Source of the DNA: a virus
Lineage: Duplodnaviria; Caudoviricetes
Virus record (IMG/VR): IMGVR_UViG_3300023214_000337
Coordinates: 1 to 49,453 of that record
Length of the DNA stretch: 49,453 nt
Reading direction: 5' to 3' (one strand)
The notes under the pieces are model-generated. The model was given only the letters and a program-made list of their open reading frames with translations. It ran no database searches and was not told where the DNA came from. Each line of letters opens with the position of its first letter. The first letter of the stretch is position 1. The translations under genes were made by a program, and so were the position numbers. Of this stretch, positions 1 to 9,351 are shown piece after piece.

Positions 1-341
1 CGACGACGACGACGGACCCGCGGACGTCGACCCGGAGCTCGCCGACGCCCTGCGCTCCGCCGTGTTCGAGGACGGGGCGTCGGTGCGGGAGCTTCGCCGA
101 CGCTACGACGACGTGTTCTTCCCGGTGTCGGTCGCCGACGGGACGCCGGTGTTCGAGGCCGGATCACGAACCCTGCTGCCGGTGCCGCCCGCGTTCCGTT
201 GAGTTCGCTGTACGCCACCGCGTCTGAGCTTGAGAAGTTCCCCGCCGTCACGGTGATCTCGTAAACCGCACGCGTGAAGGTGATACTTGCGCCTCCAGTA
301 ACGCCTTGTACATACTTCTGCTGTGGATCGTTGGCAGCCAT
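1..341 (-). CDS. Truncated putative structural protein (MAANDPQQKYVQGVTGGASITF...); after ~57 codons it runs into unrelated high-GC sequence
   Basis: ATG overlaps the stop of the 341..952 gene (TAATG); beta-strand-like N-terminus; no stop before the window edge. Confidence 0.5.
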   Translation of the reverse strand, partial: MAANDPQQKYVQGVTGGASITFTRAVYEITVTAGNFSSSDAVAYSELNGTRAAPAAGFVIRPRTPASRRRPTPGRTRRRSVGEAPAPTPRPRTRRSAGRRRAPGRRPRVRRRR

Positions 342-952
342 TAAATGGTTCCCTTCGGCGTACGCCCAAACTCTTCTCTTTTCCACTCGGTGAGTTGCTC
401 ATACCATCCTCTGACCTGCGCCGCGACCGTCACCGAGACACTGGCGTTGCCATTGGCTGCTTCGATGGTCACGGTCTGCCCGCTGACCAACTCTAATGAG
501 AAATCAAAGGCGTTAAGACCTTCGGAAACAACGAGTCCGCCGTCGCCGCCAAACGGCCGGTACAGCGCGCCACCGAGCTTTAGACGCCACGTGATGTCGG
601 GATAGAAGCTTGGCGCAAAGACCATCAATTGAATGTGTTCAATCTGGCCGGCGTAGTTGTTTGGGACCGTGAAGGTCGTCGCCGTGCTCGTGCTGGACGA
701 AGAGACTGATACCTCATCCCCGCCCGAGATGAACGTTGCCGCTTCGCGCGGTCGCTCCTTAAGGAACTGGATATGCTTCTCTTGCCATAGCAGGGATATC
801 AGTTCCCGCATCCGCTGCATCTCAGTGAAGTCATCGGACGGATCGACGGGTATCGTGGGCTGGACAACGCGTCCGGCAGGCGCGTGACCTTGCGGCCTGT
901 TGGTTTTATTGTAAAGCGGGCTCGTGAAGTCGCCCATGCCTTTTCTACCCAT
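341..952 (-). CDS. Putative minor virion protein with C-terminal beta-sandwich (jelly-roll-like) domain
   Basis: Tightly packed operon; alternating hydrophobic beta-strand pattern; N-terminal GMGDF motif shared with neighbouring proteins. Confidence 0.5.
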   Translation of the reverse strand: MGRKGMGDFTSPLYNKTNRPQGHAPAGRVVQPTIPVDPSDDFTEMQRMRELISLLWQEKHIQFLKERPREAATFISGGDEVSVSSSSTSTATTFTVPNNYAGQIEHIQLMVFAPSFYPDITWRLKLGGALYRPFGGDGGLVVSEGLNAFDFSLELVSGQTVTIEAANGNASVSVTVAAQVRGWYEQLTEWKREEFGRTPKGTI

Positions 953-955
953 GGT

Positions 956-1867
956 TTATTTCCACATTTTGTCGGCCAGAACAATCCCGCCGAGGGTTAG
1001 GTAAATGGTGTTGCTGCTCCCGCTCGTATCGAGCATGTCCACAATGAGCCGGCTGCCCTCCTCAAAGAAAATGCCCTGCTCAAACCTGAAGGGATAGTTG
1101 TTGTCTCCGACAATCAGGTTATCCGGAATGCGGTACGTCGTGCCTTCTGGCGCATCGATCACCGAGAAGTTTCGGTACGCATCCAAAATATTCAGCGAAT
1201 ACCGGCCCGTACTCGTGCCGCTGATATGCGTGAGCAGAAAGTGATGCCCACCGTTGATGTCGATCGGTACTTGGCTGCTTGCATCTCCACTAAGCGTGAC
1301 AGCGCCCTGGTTGAATGTATACCAGAACGGCATCGACATGCGCTCTTTGTCCTGGAATCGCCGCTTTACCTCCTCGAGCCGTGGATCGTAGATGACCGAG
1401 GTGTATTTGGCTGAAGGGAAAGCCAGCCGGACGTTGTTCGCGCTACCTGAGACGTCCTGGAACGCCGCTGAGAGGCTGTGGCCGGCATGCAGGTAGAGTG
1501 CCTCGGGCAGGATGTACGGGTTGGCGCCGCTGCCCATCATGGTATCGATGTGGACCGGCGCATTCATCAGCGAGAAGGGCTGCCGTCCGCTACCCAGCGA
1601 GAGAAGCACCGTCATCGCGCCCGTACGGTGCGCGGCCAGACGAGTAATCTCGATTGGACCGTCGCCGCTGTTGGTCATCGTGAACTGAGCGGATAGATCC
1701 GCAGATACGCTCAGCGACGTATCGGGCTGATCCCCGGTCAAAAAGAACGGTCGCTCATGCGATTTCTGGGAGGCCACCGCCAATACGCGCCCGTCTCGCT
1801 CCGGCGGTTCGCGCAGCGTAGCGAATCGATTTATCGTAGGACGTGGCCCATGCAGTATATTTCGCAT
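956..1867 (-). CDS. Putative capsid-associated protein with two tandem beta-sandwich repeats (paralogue 3)
   Basis: Internal repeat (PFFLT.../PFWYT...; P-Y-x-L/F; NxxxLxxxG ends); similar to 1867..2907 and 2907..3950. Confidence 0.55.
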   Translation of the reverse strand: MRNILHGPRPTINRFATLREPPERDGRVLAVASQKSHERPFFLTGDQPDTSLSVSADLSAQFTMTNSGDGPIEITRLAAHRTGAMTVLLSLGSGRQPFSLMNAPVHIDTMMGSGANPYILPEALYLHAGHSLSAAFQDVSGSANNVRLAFPSAKYTSVIYDPRLEEVKRRFQDKERMSMPFWYTFNQGAVTLSGDASSQVPIDINGGHHFLLTHISGTSTGRYSLNILDAYRNFSVIDAPEGTTYRIPDNLIVGDNNYPFRFEQGIFFEEGSRLIVDMLDTSGSSNTIYLTLGGIVLADKMWK

Positions 1868-2907
1868 TACGTTCTCCCTACGGGCGACTGGAAGTCAAGC
1901 TTTTCGAAGACGCGCTGCTGATCCGAGGGCGACTGCGGCGTCCCGACTTCCGTGTCTTTCAAGACCTGGAGTACCTTGTCGGGCTTGGCGTAGATCTTGC
2001 GCCCAAATAGCGTCAAGTAGACGGTATTTCCGCTGCTGGAAAGGTCGGTTAGTTTGAATCGCAATCGGTATCCGGGATACAGAAGGTACGTCGTCGGCCA
2101 GATCGCCGGAAAGTTGGCGTTACCGATCGCGTTGGTGTTGGTAACCACGCCATTCTGGAGCAACGTACGCGTGCGCGTTTCGGATATCTCCATGGAGAAG
2201 GCGCCGTCGGAGACCGCGGTCGCGCCGAAGATCTCGATGCAGGAGTCGTCGCTGTTTTTGAAGAAGAACTCGGACGCAGTATCGGCGGTTAGTTCCACAT
2301 CGGTGTCGGGCGTAATCCAGTACGGAATTACATATCTATTGCGAACCTCCCATCGCTTGACGATATCGACGATGCGCGCCTTCCAGTCCGGATTTATTGT
2401 GAGGTCGTTTGCCCATGGCGTGTAGAACGATCCGCACAGGTACATGCGTAGATTGCGCAGATTGGTGTTCTCGATGCGCGTGATTGTGCAATCCAAAAAG
2501 CTGTTCGACGGGAAAAGCAACGGCTCCCGCAACAGTGCTGGCGTCTGTGCGGTACCGGCAAAAGTCCTGATATGGATCGGCCTGCTCATCAGGTCTCGAG
2601 CGGCCGCGCGTTGCCGGATCTGGATCGTAAAGTTGCTATTGGCCGTGCCATTTTCGCTTTCGGTATGCACAATCTGCTGGATTAGGAACGGCGTACGCAG
2701 AGATGCATCCAACCAATTATTCGAAGATGACTGCTGCCGGTACTTTGGGCGTTGCGTGTTGTTGGCCGCGCCGGCAGAAAAGGTCAGTGCGCCATCCTGA
2801 CCATCAAAATACAACCAGTACGGCTTGATGGATCGCCGCCAAGTCTGCATCTCAAAGCCGTTCGGGCTTGGCTTGAATATCTTGTTGACGTCGCCTCGAG
2901 TCGGCAT
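1867..2907 (-). CDS. Putative capsid-associated protein with two tandem beta-sandwich repeats (paralogue 2)
   Basis: PYWLY/PYWIT, LMSRPIHI, GNANFP and VYLTLFG motifs shared with both neighbours; 1-nt gene overlaps. Confidence 0.55.
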   Translation of the reverse strand: MPTRGDVNKIFKPSPNGFEMQTWRRSIKPYWLYFDGQDGALTFSAGAANNTQRPKYRQQSSSNNWLDASLRTPFLIQQIVHTESENGTANSNFTIQIRQRAAARDLMSRPIHIRTFAGTAQTPALLREPLLFPSNSFLDCTITRIENTNLRNLRMYLCGSFYTPWANDLTINPDWKARIVDIVKRWEVRNRYVIPYWITPDTDVELTADTASEFFFKNSDDSCIEIFGATAVSDGAFSMEISETRTRTLLQNGVVTNTNAIGNANFPAIWPTTYLLYPGYRLRFKLTDLSSSGNTVYLTLFGRKIYAKPDKVLQVLKDTEVGTPQSPSDQQRVFEKLDFQSPVGRT

Positions 2908-3950
2908 CAGTTAGCTCCCTGCACCAAAAACGGCGCCTTCGTTACCCGACCCTTGTTCATTACGCGATCAAGCGAAAGGCCAAGGTAGTTGGCCACGCCG
3001 GCGAAAGTGAGGTAGACCTCGGTGCTCTGGTCAGTTATCAGGTTCGTAATTTCCAATTCGAGTTGCGTATTGGGCGGCATCAAAATCGGTGCCGGCAACG
3101 GATACGGAAAGTTCGCTGTGCCGAATCCGTTATTGAGGCTGATCGGTTCGGACTGTAGCGGATCTTCGGTCTGTGGATCGATGATCTTGACCGTGAACAT
3201 TTCCGTTGTATCGCCGGCAGCACCAGTGCTAAGCCCGCGCCCCATCAATTGGAAGAACGCGACCTCGATGTCGGTCGTATTCGAGAGAAATGCCTTGACT
3301 GTCGAACTGGCGGCTACCGTCACTGCGTTGTCGGTGGTCATCCAGTAAGGATAGAGATGGACTTTCCGCTCTCGAATCTGGTTGTACCGCATCTCTGCGT
3401 AGCGATGCGACAGATCCGCGTTCTGAATCTTGTATGCGCGTGCGCCGAAGTTGAAATTCGAACTCCCCACGCCGCTGTTGTTCTGGAACTCGAATGCAAG
3501 CGCTTGCTGGCCTTGCATGAGTATGGTCTCCAACAACTCAAACTGTTGAAGGTTATTGCCAAAGATATGATCGGCGAGGATGTGCCGATTCATCATGCGG
3601 CGGCGCCACATGATATCCGTAATTTGCACCTCAAGCCGGTTGGTGACCGCGCTGTTATCGCTGCCTCCGTGCTGACCGTACAAAGCAAACAGTTCCGCAA
3701 CGCCATCCTGTGGTCCTTCGATGATGACCGGAGCGCTGGTTGAATTGGTGGACGTGACAATCGGCTGGCGGGCATCCGCGGGAACAAGAATTGTTCCCTT
3801 AGCGTATCGAAGCAACTGGTTGAGATAGACGTTGCCCTGCTGGTCTTTGACGTAGTTCTTGAAAATTCCCACGGTGGACTCCTGACGGGTTTGGTTCCCC
3901 GAAGCCGGGTTATTTAAGAATGGGATGGGTGCGATAAACACCCATCCCAT
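2907..3950 (-). CDS. Putative capsid-associated protein with two tandem beta-sandwich repeats (paralogue 1)
   Basis: Start re-assigned to MGWVF (3950) to avoid overlap with the upstream gene; MMNRHI, PYWMT, GTANFP and VYLTFAG motifs. Confidence 0.55.
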   Translation of the reverse strand: MGWVFIAPIPFLNNPASGNQTRQESTVGIFKNYVKDQQGNVYLNQLLRYAKGTILVPADARQPIVTSTNSTSAPVIIEGPQDGVAELFALYGQHGGSDNSAVTNRLEVQITDIMWRRRMMNRHILADHIFGNNLQQFELLETILMQGQQALAFEFQNNSGVGSSNFNFGARAYKIQNADLSHRYAEMRYNQIRERKVHLYPYWMTTDNAVTVAASSTVKAFLSNTTDIEVAFFQLMGRGLSTGAAGDTTEMFTVKIIDPQTEDPLQSEPISLNNGFGTANFPYPLPAPILMPPNTQLELEITNLITDQSTEVYLTFAGVANYLGLSLDRVMNKGRVTKAPFLVQGAN

Positions 3951-3970
3951 TTCGCGTCTAGACGCCTTGT

Positions 3971-4633
3971 TTAGACGGCCTTGTACAACATCCCGATTAA
4001 GAAAACCTGAACGCGCGTCGCCGCCGAAACGGTGATGCCGGACGGATAGGTGATTTCGACGCCGAAGTTTTCGTTCGGCTGAATCCACAGCGTACGGTCG
4101 CGAATGTTGAACGGATAAACGTTCGACATGTGGCCGCTTCCGTTTTGTACTTCGGTGTATACCACCGCGCTCGTCGCGCCATCGGCGGCCAACGGACCTT
4201 CGGGCTTGATGCCCGCAGGAATCCGGTTGACCGGGATCTCCAGATAGACCCGAGATCCCGTGAAGGTGAAGACGAACGCGCCGGTATTTAAGATCAGGCG
4301 CATGTCCGCCAGCGTGGTACCGTACTCGATGACAACATTGAAGCCAAAGAGGGAAAATGTGTCTGGCGCGGAAAGCTGTCCCGTCTGGGTGAGATTTGTC
4401 TCACTTTTCGACTTGCTCGAGATCCCCCCCGAGGCATCGGCGCTACCCTGCGCGCGGCTGAACCATTTGCGCGAGGTAACGGAGCTGTTCGGGTACGATT
4501 CGGTATCGTACAACGGCTGCTTGAGTGGACGCAGGACAACCTTTTTGCCCTGGTACATGATGGTGCTGAGGGGGTAGCCCTTGGCGAATACCTGACCACC
4601 AACCTCTTCTTCGAACTGTGCCTGTCCAGGCAT
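3971..4633 (-). CDS. Putative major capsid protein, single jelly-roll-like (~220 aa)
   Basis: Strong RBS (AAGGAG) before ATG 4633; QPLYDT...ETNLTQTGQL motifs and beta-rich pattern; lies directly after the Arg-rich core genes. Confidence 0.55.
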   Translation of the reverse strand: MPGQAQFEEEVGGQVFAKGYPLSTIMYQGKKVVLRPLKQPLYDTESYPNSSVTSRKWFSRAQGSADASGGISSKSKSETNLTQTGQLSAPDTFSLFGFNVVIEYGTTLADMRLILNTGAFVFTFTGSRVYLEIPVNRIPAGIKPEGPLAADGATSAVVYTEVQNGSGHMSNVYPFNIRDRTLWIQPNENFGVEITYPSGITVSAATRVQVFLIGMLYKAV

Positions 4634-4744
4634 AACGCTTCTCCTTTTCTTAGAGCGCCCTAAATAGGTGTCACTCGGTGTCACTCATTTAAGGGTTAAC
4701 AAATGCGCTCCGGCCCTATGCTAGAGCGCTGTCAAAACAACTGA

Positions 4745-5416
4745 TTACCAAGCGTCGCCGCCGCCGCCGGTGAACTCGCTCATGCCCAGGCCTTGCAGCA
4801 TCGCGTTGTCCACGGAGTTGGCCGGTGCGGCCATGACCTTTGGAACGGTGGCGAAGTCGCCCATGCCATCCGTTCCGTTGAGGGCGCCGCTGTCGATCGA
4901 GCGGGCCTGTGCAATCGTGGTCTCGGTCGCGTAGTCGCCCACGTTATCGAGCCCGGTCATCTGCGCCACGCGCGGGAAGAACTGATCAACCGCGGTGGAG
5001 ACGACCTGGGCCAGCGCGCCGGTGAACAGGAGGTCGCTGTACTTCTTGACCCCCGGTACATATCGCGCCGCGCCACCGATCGCGCCCGCGCCTACCAGTC
5101 CGACCACGTACCGGCCAACACCGGCGCGGAGGAACTGCGGCATGAATGTCATGCCCGCGAGTTGATTGGTGAGGAACGCGTTGGCGGCCACGCCACCGAC
5201 CAAGATGCCCGCATCGCCGATCTTGCTCAGATCGAATCCGCTGGTGAGCGCCTTGGTGATCTTGGGGTTGTAGCGGTAGCTCCGGCGGCGCCGGCGCGGA
5301 TTACGACTCCGAGATTTACGCCGCGTGCGTCGACGTTGACGACGCGGATTGCTCGCGTAGCCCCAACCTTTGTTTCGCCGGCGGCGCCGGCGCGTTTTGC
5401 GTCTTTTCCTGGCCAT
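4745..5416 (-). CDS. Arg-rich N-terminal, multi-TM virion core/membrane protein
   Basis: About 50-aa poly-Arg region with NP motifs, then Gly-rich hydrophobic helices and a GMGDF-containing tail; RBS AAAGGA. Confidence 0.7.
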   Translation of the reverse strand: MARKRRKTRRRRRRNKGWGYASNPRRQRRRTRRKSRSRNPRRRRRSYRYNPKITKALTSGFDLSKIGDAGILVGGVAANAFLTNQLAGMTFMPQFLRAGVGRYVVGLVGAGAIGGAARYVPGVKKYSDLLFTGALAQVVSTAVDQFFPRVAQMTGLDNVGDYATETTIAQARSIDSGALNGTDGMGDFATVPKVMAAPANSVDNAMLQGLGMSEFTGGGGDAW

Positions 5417-5453
5417 GTGCCTATCCTTTCTTTTGAGCTGAACCGGAACCGGC

Positions 5454-6230
5454 TTAGGTTTCCGGCATATCGTTTATCCCGTCAAAGCTTGCCATGCCTT
5501 GAAGGGTGTTATCAATCGGGCGTGCCTGAGCGGCCTGATTGCTCGTCACGTAGTCTCCCATACCGCCCATACCTTGGAGATTGTTGTCAATCTGGCGTGC
5601 CCGAGCGGCCTGATTGCTCGTCACGTAGTCGCCCATGCATCCAGGACAACCCAGTCCGGTCAGCGCCTGCTGCAGCGGACCGGCCAGGTAGGCGTTGGCC
5701 ACGTCGCTAAGGACATAGGCCAGACCGCCGAGCGTGACATTGGTCTGGTACTTCTTCATGCCCGGGAGGAAACCGACCAGTAAGCCAGTCACGCCTGCTG
5801 TGGCGAGACCGATGCCCCACCGCACCGGCTGCGTCTGCAGTTGACTCGGCAGGAAGTTGGAAACATTGGATGCGAGGAATCCATTTCCGATGACGCCGCC
5901 GACGATCGGGACCGCATCTCCGATATTCTTGAGCTTGAAGCCTTTGGTCAGCGCCGCGACGGGATTCTGCGCCAGCGAAGCGCCGCGGTAGTTGCGCCGA
6001 CGCGGACGGTAGTTGTAGCGGCGCGACTTGCGTCGTGTTAGACGCTTGCGCTTGCGCCCGGGCATGCGGCGCGACTTGCGTCGTGTTAGACGCTTGCGCT
6101 TGCGGTTGCGGTAAAGCGGGTTCTTCCTTCGTCTTCGCTTGCGTCGTTTCATTTTACTACCCCTTCGAATTGGTTTTCCGCCTGGATTTGCGACCATGAT
6201 CCGAGTTGCCATTCCTATCTCCGCATCCAC
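5454..6230 (-). CDS. Arg-rich multi-TM virion core/membrane protein, paralogue of 4745..5416
   Basis: Shares ALTxGFxLxxIGDA and PGxKKY; has internal duplications RKRKRLTRRKSRR x2 and MGDYVTSNQAA x2. Confidence 0.7.
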   Translation of the reverse strand: MDAEIGMATRIMVANPGGKPIRRGSKMKRRKRRRRKNPLYRNRKRKRLTRRKSRRMPGRKRKRLTRRKSRRYNYRPRRRNYRGASLAQNPVAALTKGFKLKNIGDAVPIVGGVIGNGFLASNVSNFLPSQLQTQPVRWGIGLATAGVTGLLVGFLPGMKKYQTNVTLGGLAYVLSDVANAYLAGPLQQALTGLGCPGCMGDYVTSNQAARARQIDNNLQGMGGMGDYVTSNQAAQARPIDNTLQGMASFDGINDMPET

Positions 6231-6742
6231 TTATCTACGCGAAGCGTAGACGGCCCGTAAATGATGTTGCCTTGTTGGTCCTGCCAAGCCTTGGGCCATG
6301 TACCGCCTTCATCGTCGTGCTTATGGACCCAGTATTTTCCGCGCTTAAAAGTTCCTGCCTTTTCGAGCGCGGCGCTCGGCACGTAATCCGTTTGAGGCAC
6401 CCACCCAAGGAACTTCTTTTTCCGGCGGTTGCCTCTTCTTTGTTTGCTCTTACGTTTGCGCAGCAGCATGACCTGCTTACCGTTGGCATCAGCCACGACA
6501 AGGAACGGTCCTTTAATCCTCCGGGCGCGACCGCCTTTGCCTTGCGGCTTGCCGGAGATGTACGCGTGCGGCGTAGTCCCAAGACCGACCATGCGTACGG
6601 TTTTGTTTGGTCCTGGGATTTCGTAATCATCGAGTTCGACCGGGTACGGGACGCCCCAAAACTTGCGATAACGAGCGAGCGCTTTACGCCCTTCTTTAGT
6701 CGCCGCATAATTCGACAAAGCTTGCTTGTAAGGCTCTGGCAT
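6215..6742 (-). CDS. Hypothetical basic protein in virion operon (start uncertain; frame open further upstream)
   Basis: Globular-looking sequence from MPEPYKQ; fills the gap between co-oriented genes. Confidence 0.55.
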   Translation of the reverse strand: MPEPYKQALSNYAATKEGRKALARYRKFWGVPYPVELDDYEIPGPNKTVRMVGLGTTPHAYISGKPQGKGGRARRIKGPFLVVADANGKQVMLLRKRKSKQRRGNRRKKKFLGWVPQTDYVPSAALEKAGTFKRGKYWVHKHDDEGGTWPKAWQDQQGNIIYGPSTLRVDKWMRR

Positions 6743-6878
6743 GGAGTCTTCCAAGTCTTCGTCGTATTCCGGCGGTGGATCGTCATCTTCGTCATGATGC
6801 CTGTTGTACCCAATGAACTCTTGCCTTAGCGCTGCTGCTTCGCGGATGAGCTTGCCGTAGCGCTCTTTCGCGGACTCT

Positions 6879-7475
6879 TTAGTAGCGAAACGAACGCCTT
6901 CGCCGGCGCCCCCCCTTCCGGCCGCCTTGCTTGCGTCCGCGATAGATTCGCGCGGCTTTTTGAACGCCGTGTTTCTTGACCAGGCTCTGCCAACTGGATC
7001 GACGCGTCCGGCGGCGCCGGCGCGGATTGGCGTAACGGATACGCTTCGTGCGGCGCGAGGGGTAGCAGTGTGGGCGACCTTTTTTACCCTTACCGAGTAT
7101 CTTAACGGACCGCTTCCACTGGTTTCGCGCCCAGCGCAACGCGGCTTTCCCCCGCGTGCGCTTGTGACGCCGTTTGTAGGCGGCAACCTTGCGCTTAATG
7201 AATTCGGGATGGGTGTAGTGCTTCTTCCCGATTTTCGCCCGAAGCTTATAGGTGCTGCGGCGTCTGCCGCGCGTGGTTCGCCGTTTCTTTCGTGCCATGG
7301 GTTTCCCCTTTCTTCCGTAAGGGTTGTGGACGATCATGAGTTCGGGATTGCGCACAGTACGGTATCCCCCATTCATTGCATGCCCGTGGATAGGGCATGT
7401 ACAAAGCGGATTTCGTTGCGGCAAGAGCCGCGGTCCGACAAGGCTTTCTGGAGTGGCCTCGTATTCGTGCATCAC
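6879..7475 (-). CDS. Highly basic Arg/Lys-rich putative DNA-condensing protein with four NP motifs
   Basis: Composition; QRNP, VRNP, VHNP and YANP motifs; ATGA overlap with the upstream gene. Confidence 0.65.
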   Translation of the reverse strand: MMHEYEATPESLVGPRLLPQRNPLCTCPIHGHAMNGGYRTVRNPELMIVHNPYGRKGKPMARKKRRTTRGRRRSTYKLRAKIGKKHYTHPEFIKRKVAAYKRRHKRTRGKAALRWARNQWKRSVKILGKGKKGRPHCYPSRRTKRIRYANPRRRRRTRRSSWQSLVKKHGVQKAARIYRGRKQGGRKGGRRRRRSFRY

Positions 7476-8890
7476 GCGAGAACCCTTCCTTTGGCTGTTT
7501 TGATCGCGGAAGTCTTGGGCTGGCTGCGCGCGAGCGCGGTGGCGCGACGACGCGGGCCTTTGAAGACGTCATATGCGATGTAGGCAGCTCCGGCTGCAAG
7601 AGCCGCCCACATCGCCGTGCGCACAAAATCCGTTGATTTATCGATGGCTACGCCGCTGGAGCGAATCACATTGGCAAGCTGGTCCAGGTATCCGCGCGAG
7701 GATGCCGAGTTGCCGCGCAATGAATCGACCAGTGCCGAAAGCCCCAGCGCGGCAAGTCCGGCTGCGGCGATAATGGCGGCCACGGGCAACGCCTGTATGG
7801 CGCCCAGTCCCGTATATGGCAGATTGCGAAACCGCTGCGGATTGACGGTGCTTGCCGTGGCGATGTTTACAGCCTGCGCCACGGAATTGTATTTCTCCAA
7901 TGCTTCGTTCAGCTTGCGAAGCATCTGTTGGAGCGAGTCGTTGGCCTGCTGCCAAAGCCCTTCAGCTTCGACGCGTTTGGGGCCTTTCGGCATTTTTGCG
8001 ATGTCGATGCGGCGTTGTGCCAGTTCTTTGCGCATCTTTTCGTAGTTGCGCTGCGCCTCTACAAGGTCGCCGTACATGGAGCCATCGGCGACGCTGTAGA
8101 TGGTGGAAATCGTACCTTGATCGGGTATGCCGATCGACGTGTCGTCTACCAGTGCGAGGTCGCCCATGCCCGGCGTCTGGCCGCTGGGCTGCCCACCGGC
8201 ATAATCGATCTGGCGGTAATCGGCGGATGGACCTTGGACGTTACGGTCAAGGTCAACGACGCCTGGAATGGGGCCTTCGGCTAATCCCATTACGCTAGCA
8301 TCCCCCTCTTCCTGCATCGGATCGGTTGATGCAGGCCACGCCTTGCGCGGAAACCGCTTTGGCGGTTCCCAGCCGAAAGGAACGCGAGGTTCCATCGTAA
8401 CGTCCATGCCCTTCCAATCGCGCACCCCCCCACCTTTGCGCGGCAGACCGACTTGAAGATAGACGTGTGAGAACTCGTTGGGTTTGCTTGGATCGGCTTT
8501 GATGGTAATGTACCGGCAGGGCAGTCCAATACCTTCGAGCATCGAAGCCAGCAGCACGCAGACGCTGTCGCAGTCCCCGCCGCCCGCTTCCAGAAGCTTG
8601 CGCGGATGCTCGACGTATTCCACATTGACCGGATCGTAGACGTACTGAATTTTGTCGCGGCAAAATTCGTAGCATTTTTGCGCGTAGCAGGCGTAGTCCT
8701 TCTTTTTGCATTGACTGGCTAGTCTGATGGCCAGTTGCCGCACGCGCTGATCGCGCTTGCCCTTGCCGACAAGCATTTGCATGCCCGCGATCGTTTGAGC
8801 GGTGCCGGCGTTGCCCGAAGGAATCGACTTGCGCTGGTGCGACTTCGGGAGGCCGGCTGCAATCGGATTGAGCTGTCCAGTGAACAGCAT
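7472..8890 (-). CDS. Transglutaminase-like (Cys-His-Asp) domain protein with coiled coil and C-terminal TM helices; possible maturation protease
   Basis: GGGDCDS, SHVYLQV and GMDVT triad motifs of the transglutaminase-like superfamily; two hydrophobic C-terminal segments. Confidence 0.8.
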   Translation of the reverse strand: MLFTGQLNPIAAGLPKSHQRKSIPSGNAGTAQTIAGMQMLVGKGKRDQRVRQLAIRLASQCKKKDYACYAQKCYEFCRDKIQYVYDPVNVEYVEHPRKLLEAGGGDCDSVCVLLASMLEGIGLPCRYITIKADPSKPNEFSHVYLQVGLPRKGGGVRDWKGMDVTMEPRVPFGWEPPKRFPRKAWPASTDPMQEEGDASVMGLAEGPIPGVVDLDRNVQGPSADYRQIDYAGGQPSGQTPGMGDLALVDDTSIGIPDQGTISTIYSVADGSMYGDLVEAQRNYEKMRKELAQRRIDIAKMPKGPKRVEAEGLWQQANDSLQQMLRKLNEALEKYNSVAQAVNIATASTVNPQRFRNLPYTGLGAIQALPVAAIIAAAGLAALGLSALVDSLRGNSASSRGYLDQLANVIRSSGVAIDKSTDFVRTAMWAALAAGAAYIAYDVFKGPRRRATALARSQPKTSAIKTAKGRVLA

Positions 8891-9000
8891 GCATCGACGT
8901 ACTCTTGGTTTTTTGTTGTAGCAATGGACCGTCGCAGGACGCGATCGGGTTTTAATTGGGCCTTCAATTTGCCCAGCAGGTATTCATATGTCGGCAGTCA

Positions 9001-9029
9001 GGAATACGGGGCGCTGCCCTTGTTGTCAA
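9001..9029 (-). promoter_or_regulatory. Putative sigma70-type promoter for the structural operon
   Basis: TTGACA-17nt-TATTCC on the minus strand, upstream of 8890. Confidence 0.4.
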
Positions 9030-9036
9030 CACTTTT

Positions 9037-9351
9037 CTAGCCGGCTACTATCCTCGCATTGTACGAATTTCCGCTTTTGCGTATCTTTTCTAAAAGCTGT
9101 CTCTGCTTCTCTGGCGTCTTCCCATTTATGATCATAACCTCTTGTGCTGTATGGCACTTAGAGCAATTCAAGTCCACGAGAATACCGAATCCGCCTTGCG
9201 GAAGAATGAGAGCTTCGATACGGAATAAAAATTTTTTGCAATCGGGGCAAAAAACTTTTCCATCTTTGGTGTGACATGCTGCTGATCGGTTGCGCCTTCT
9301 AATCTTCGTCATCGTCATCGGTTTCTTCGATGTCGTCCATGAAATCGTCAA
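9037..9351 (-). CDS. Small zinc-ribbon protein (Com-like)
   Basis: CPDCKKFLF...CSKC; start uncertain. Confidence 0.5.
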   Translation of the reverse strand: MTISWTTSKKPMTMTKIRRRNRSAACHTKDGKVFCPDCKKFLFRIEALILPQGGFGILVDLNCSKCHTAQEVMIINGKTPEKQRQLLEKIRKSGNSYNARIVAG

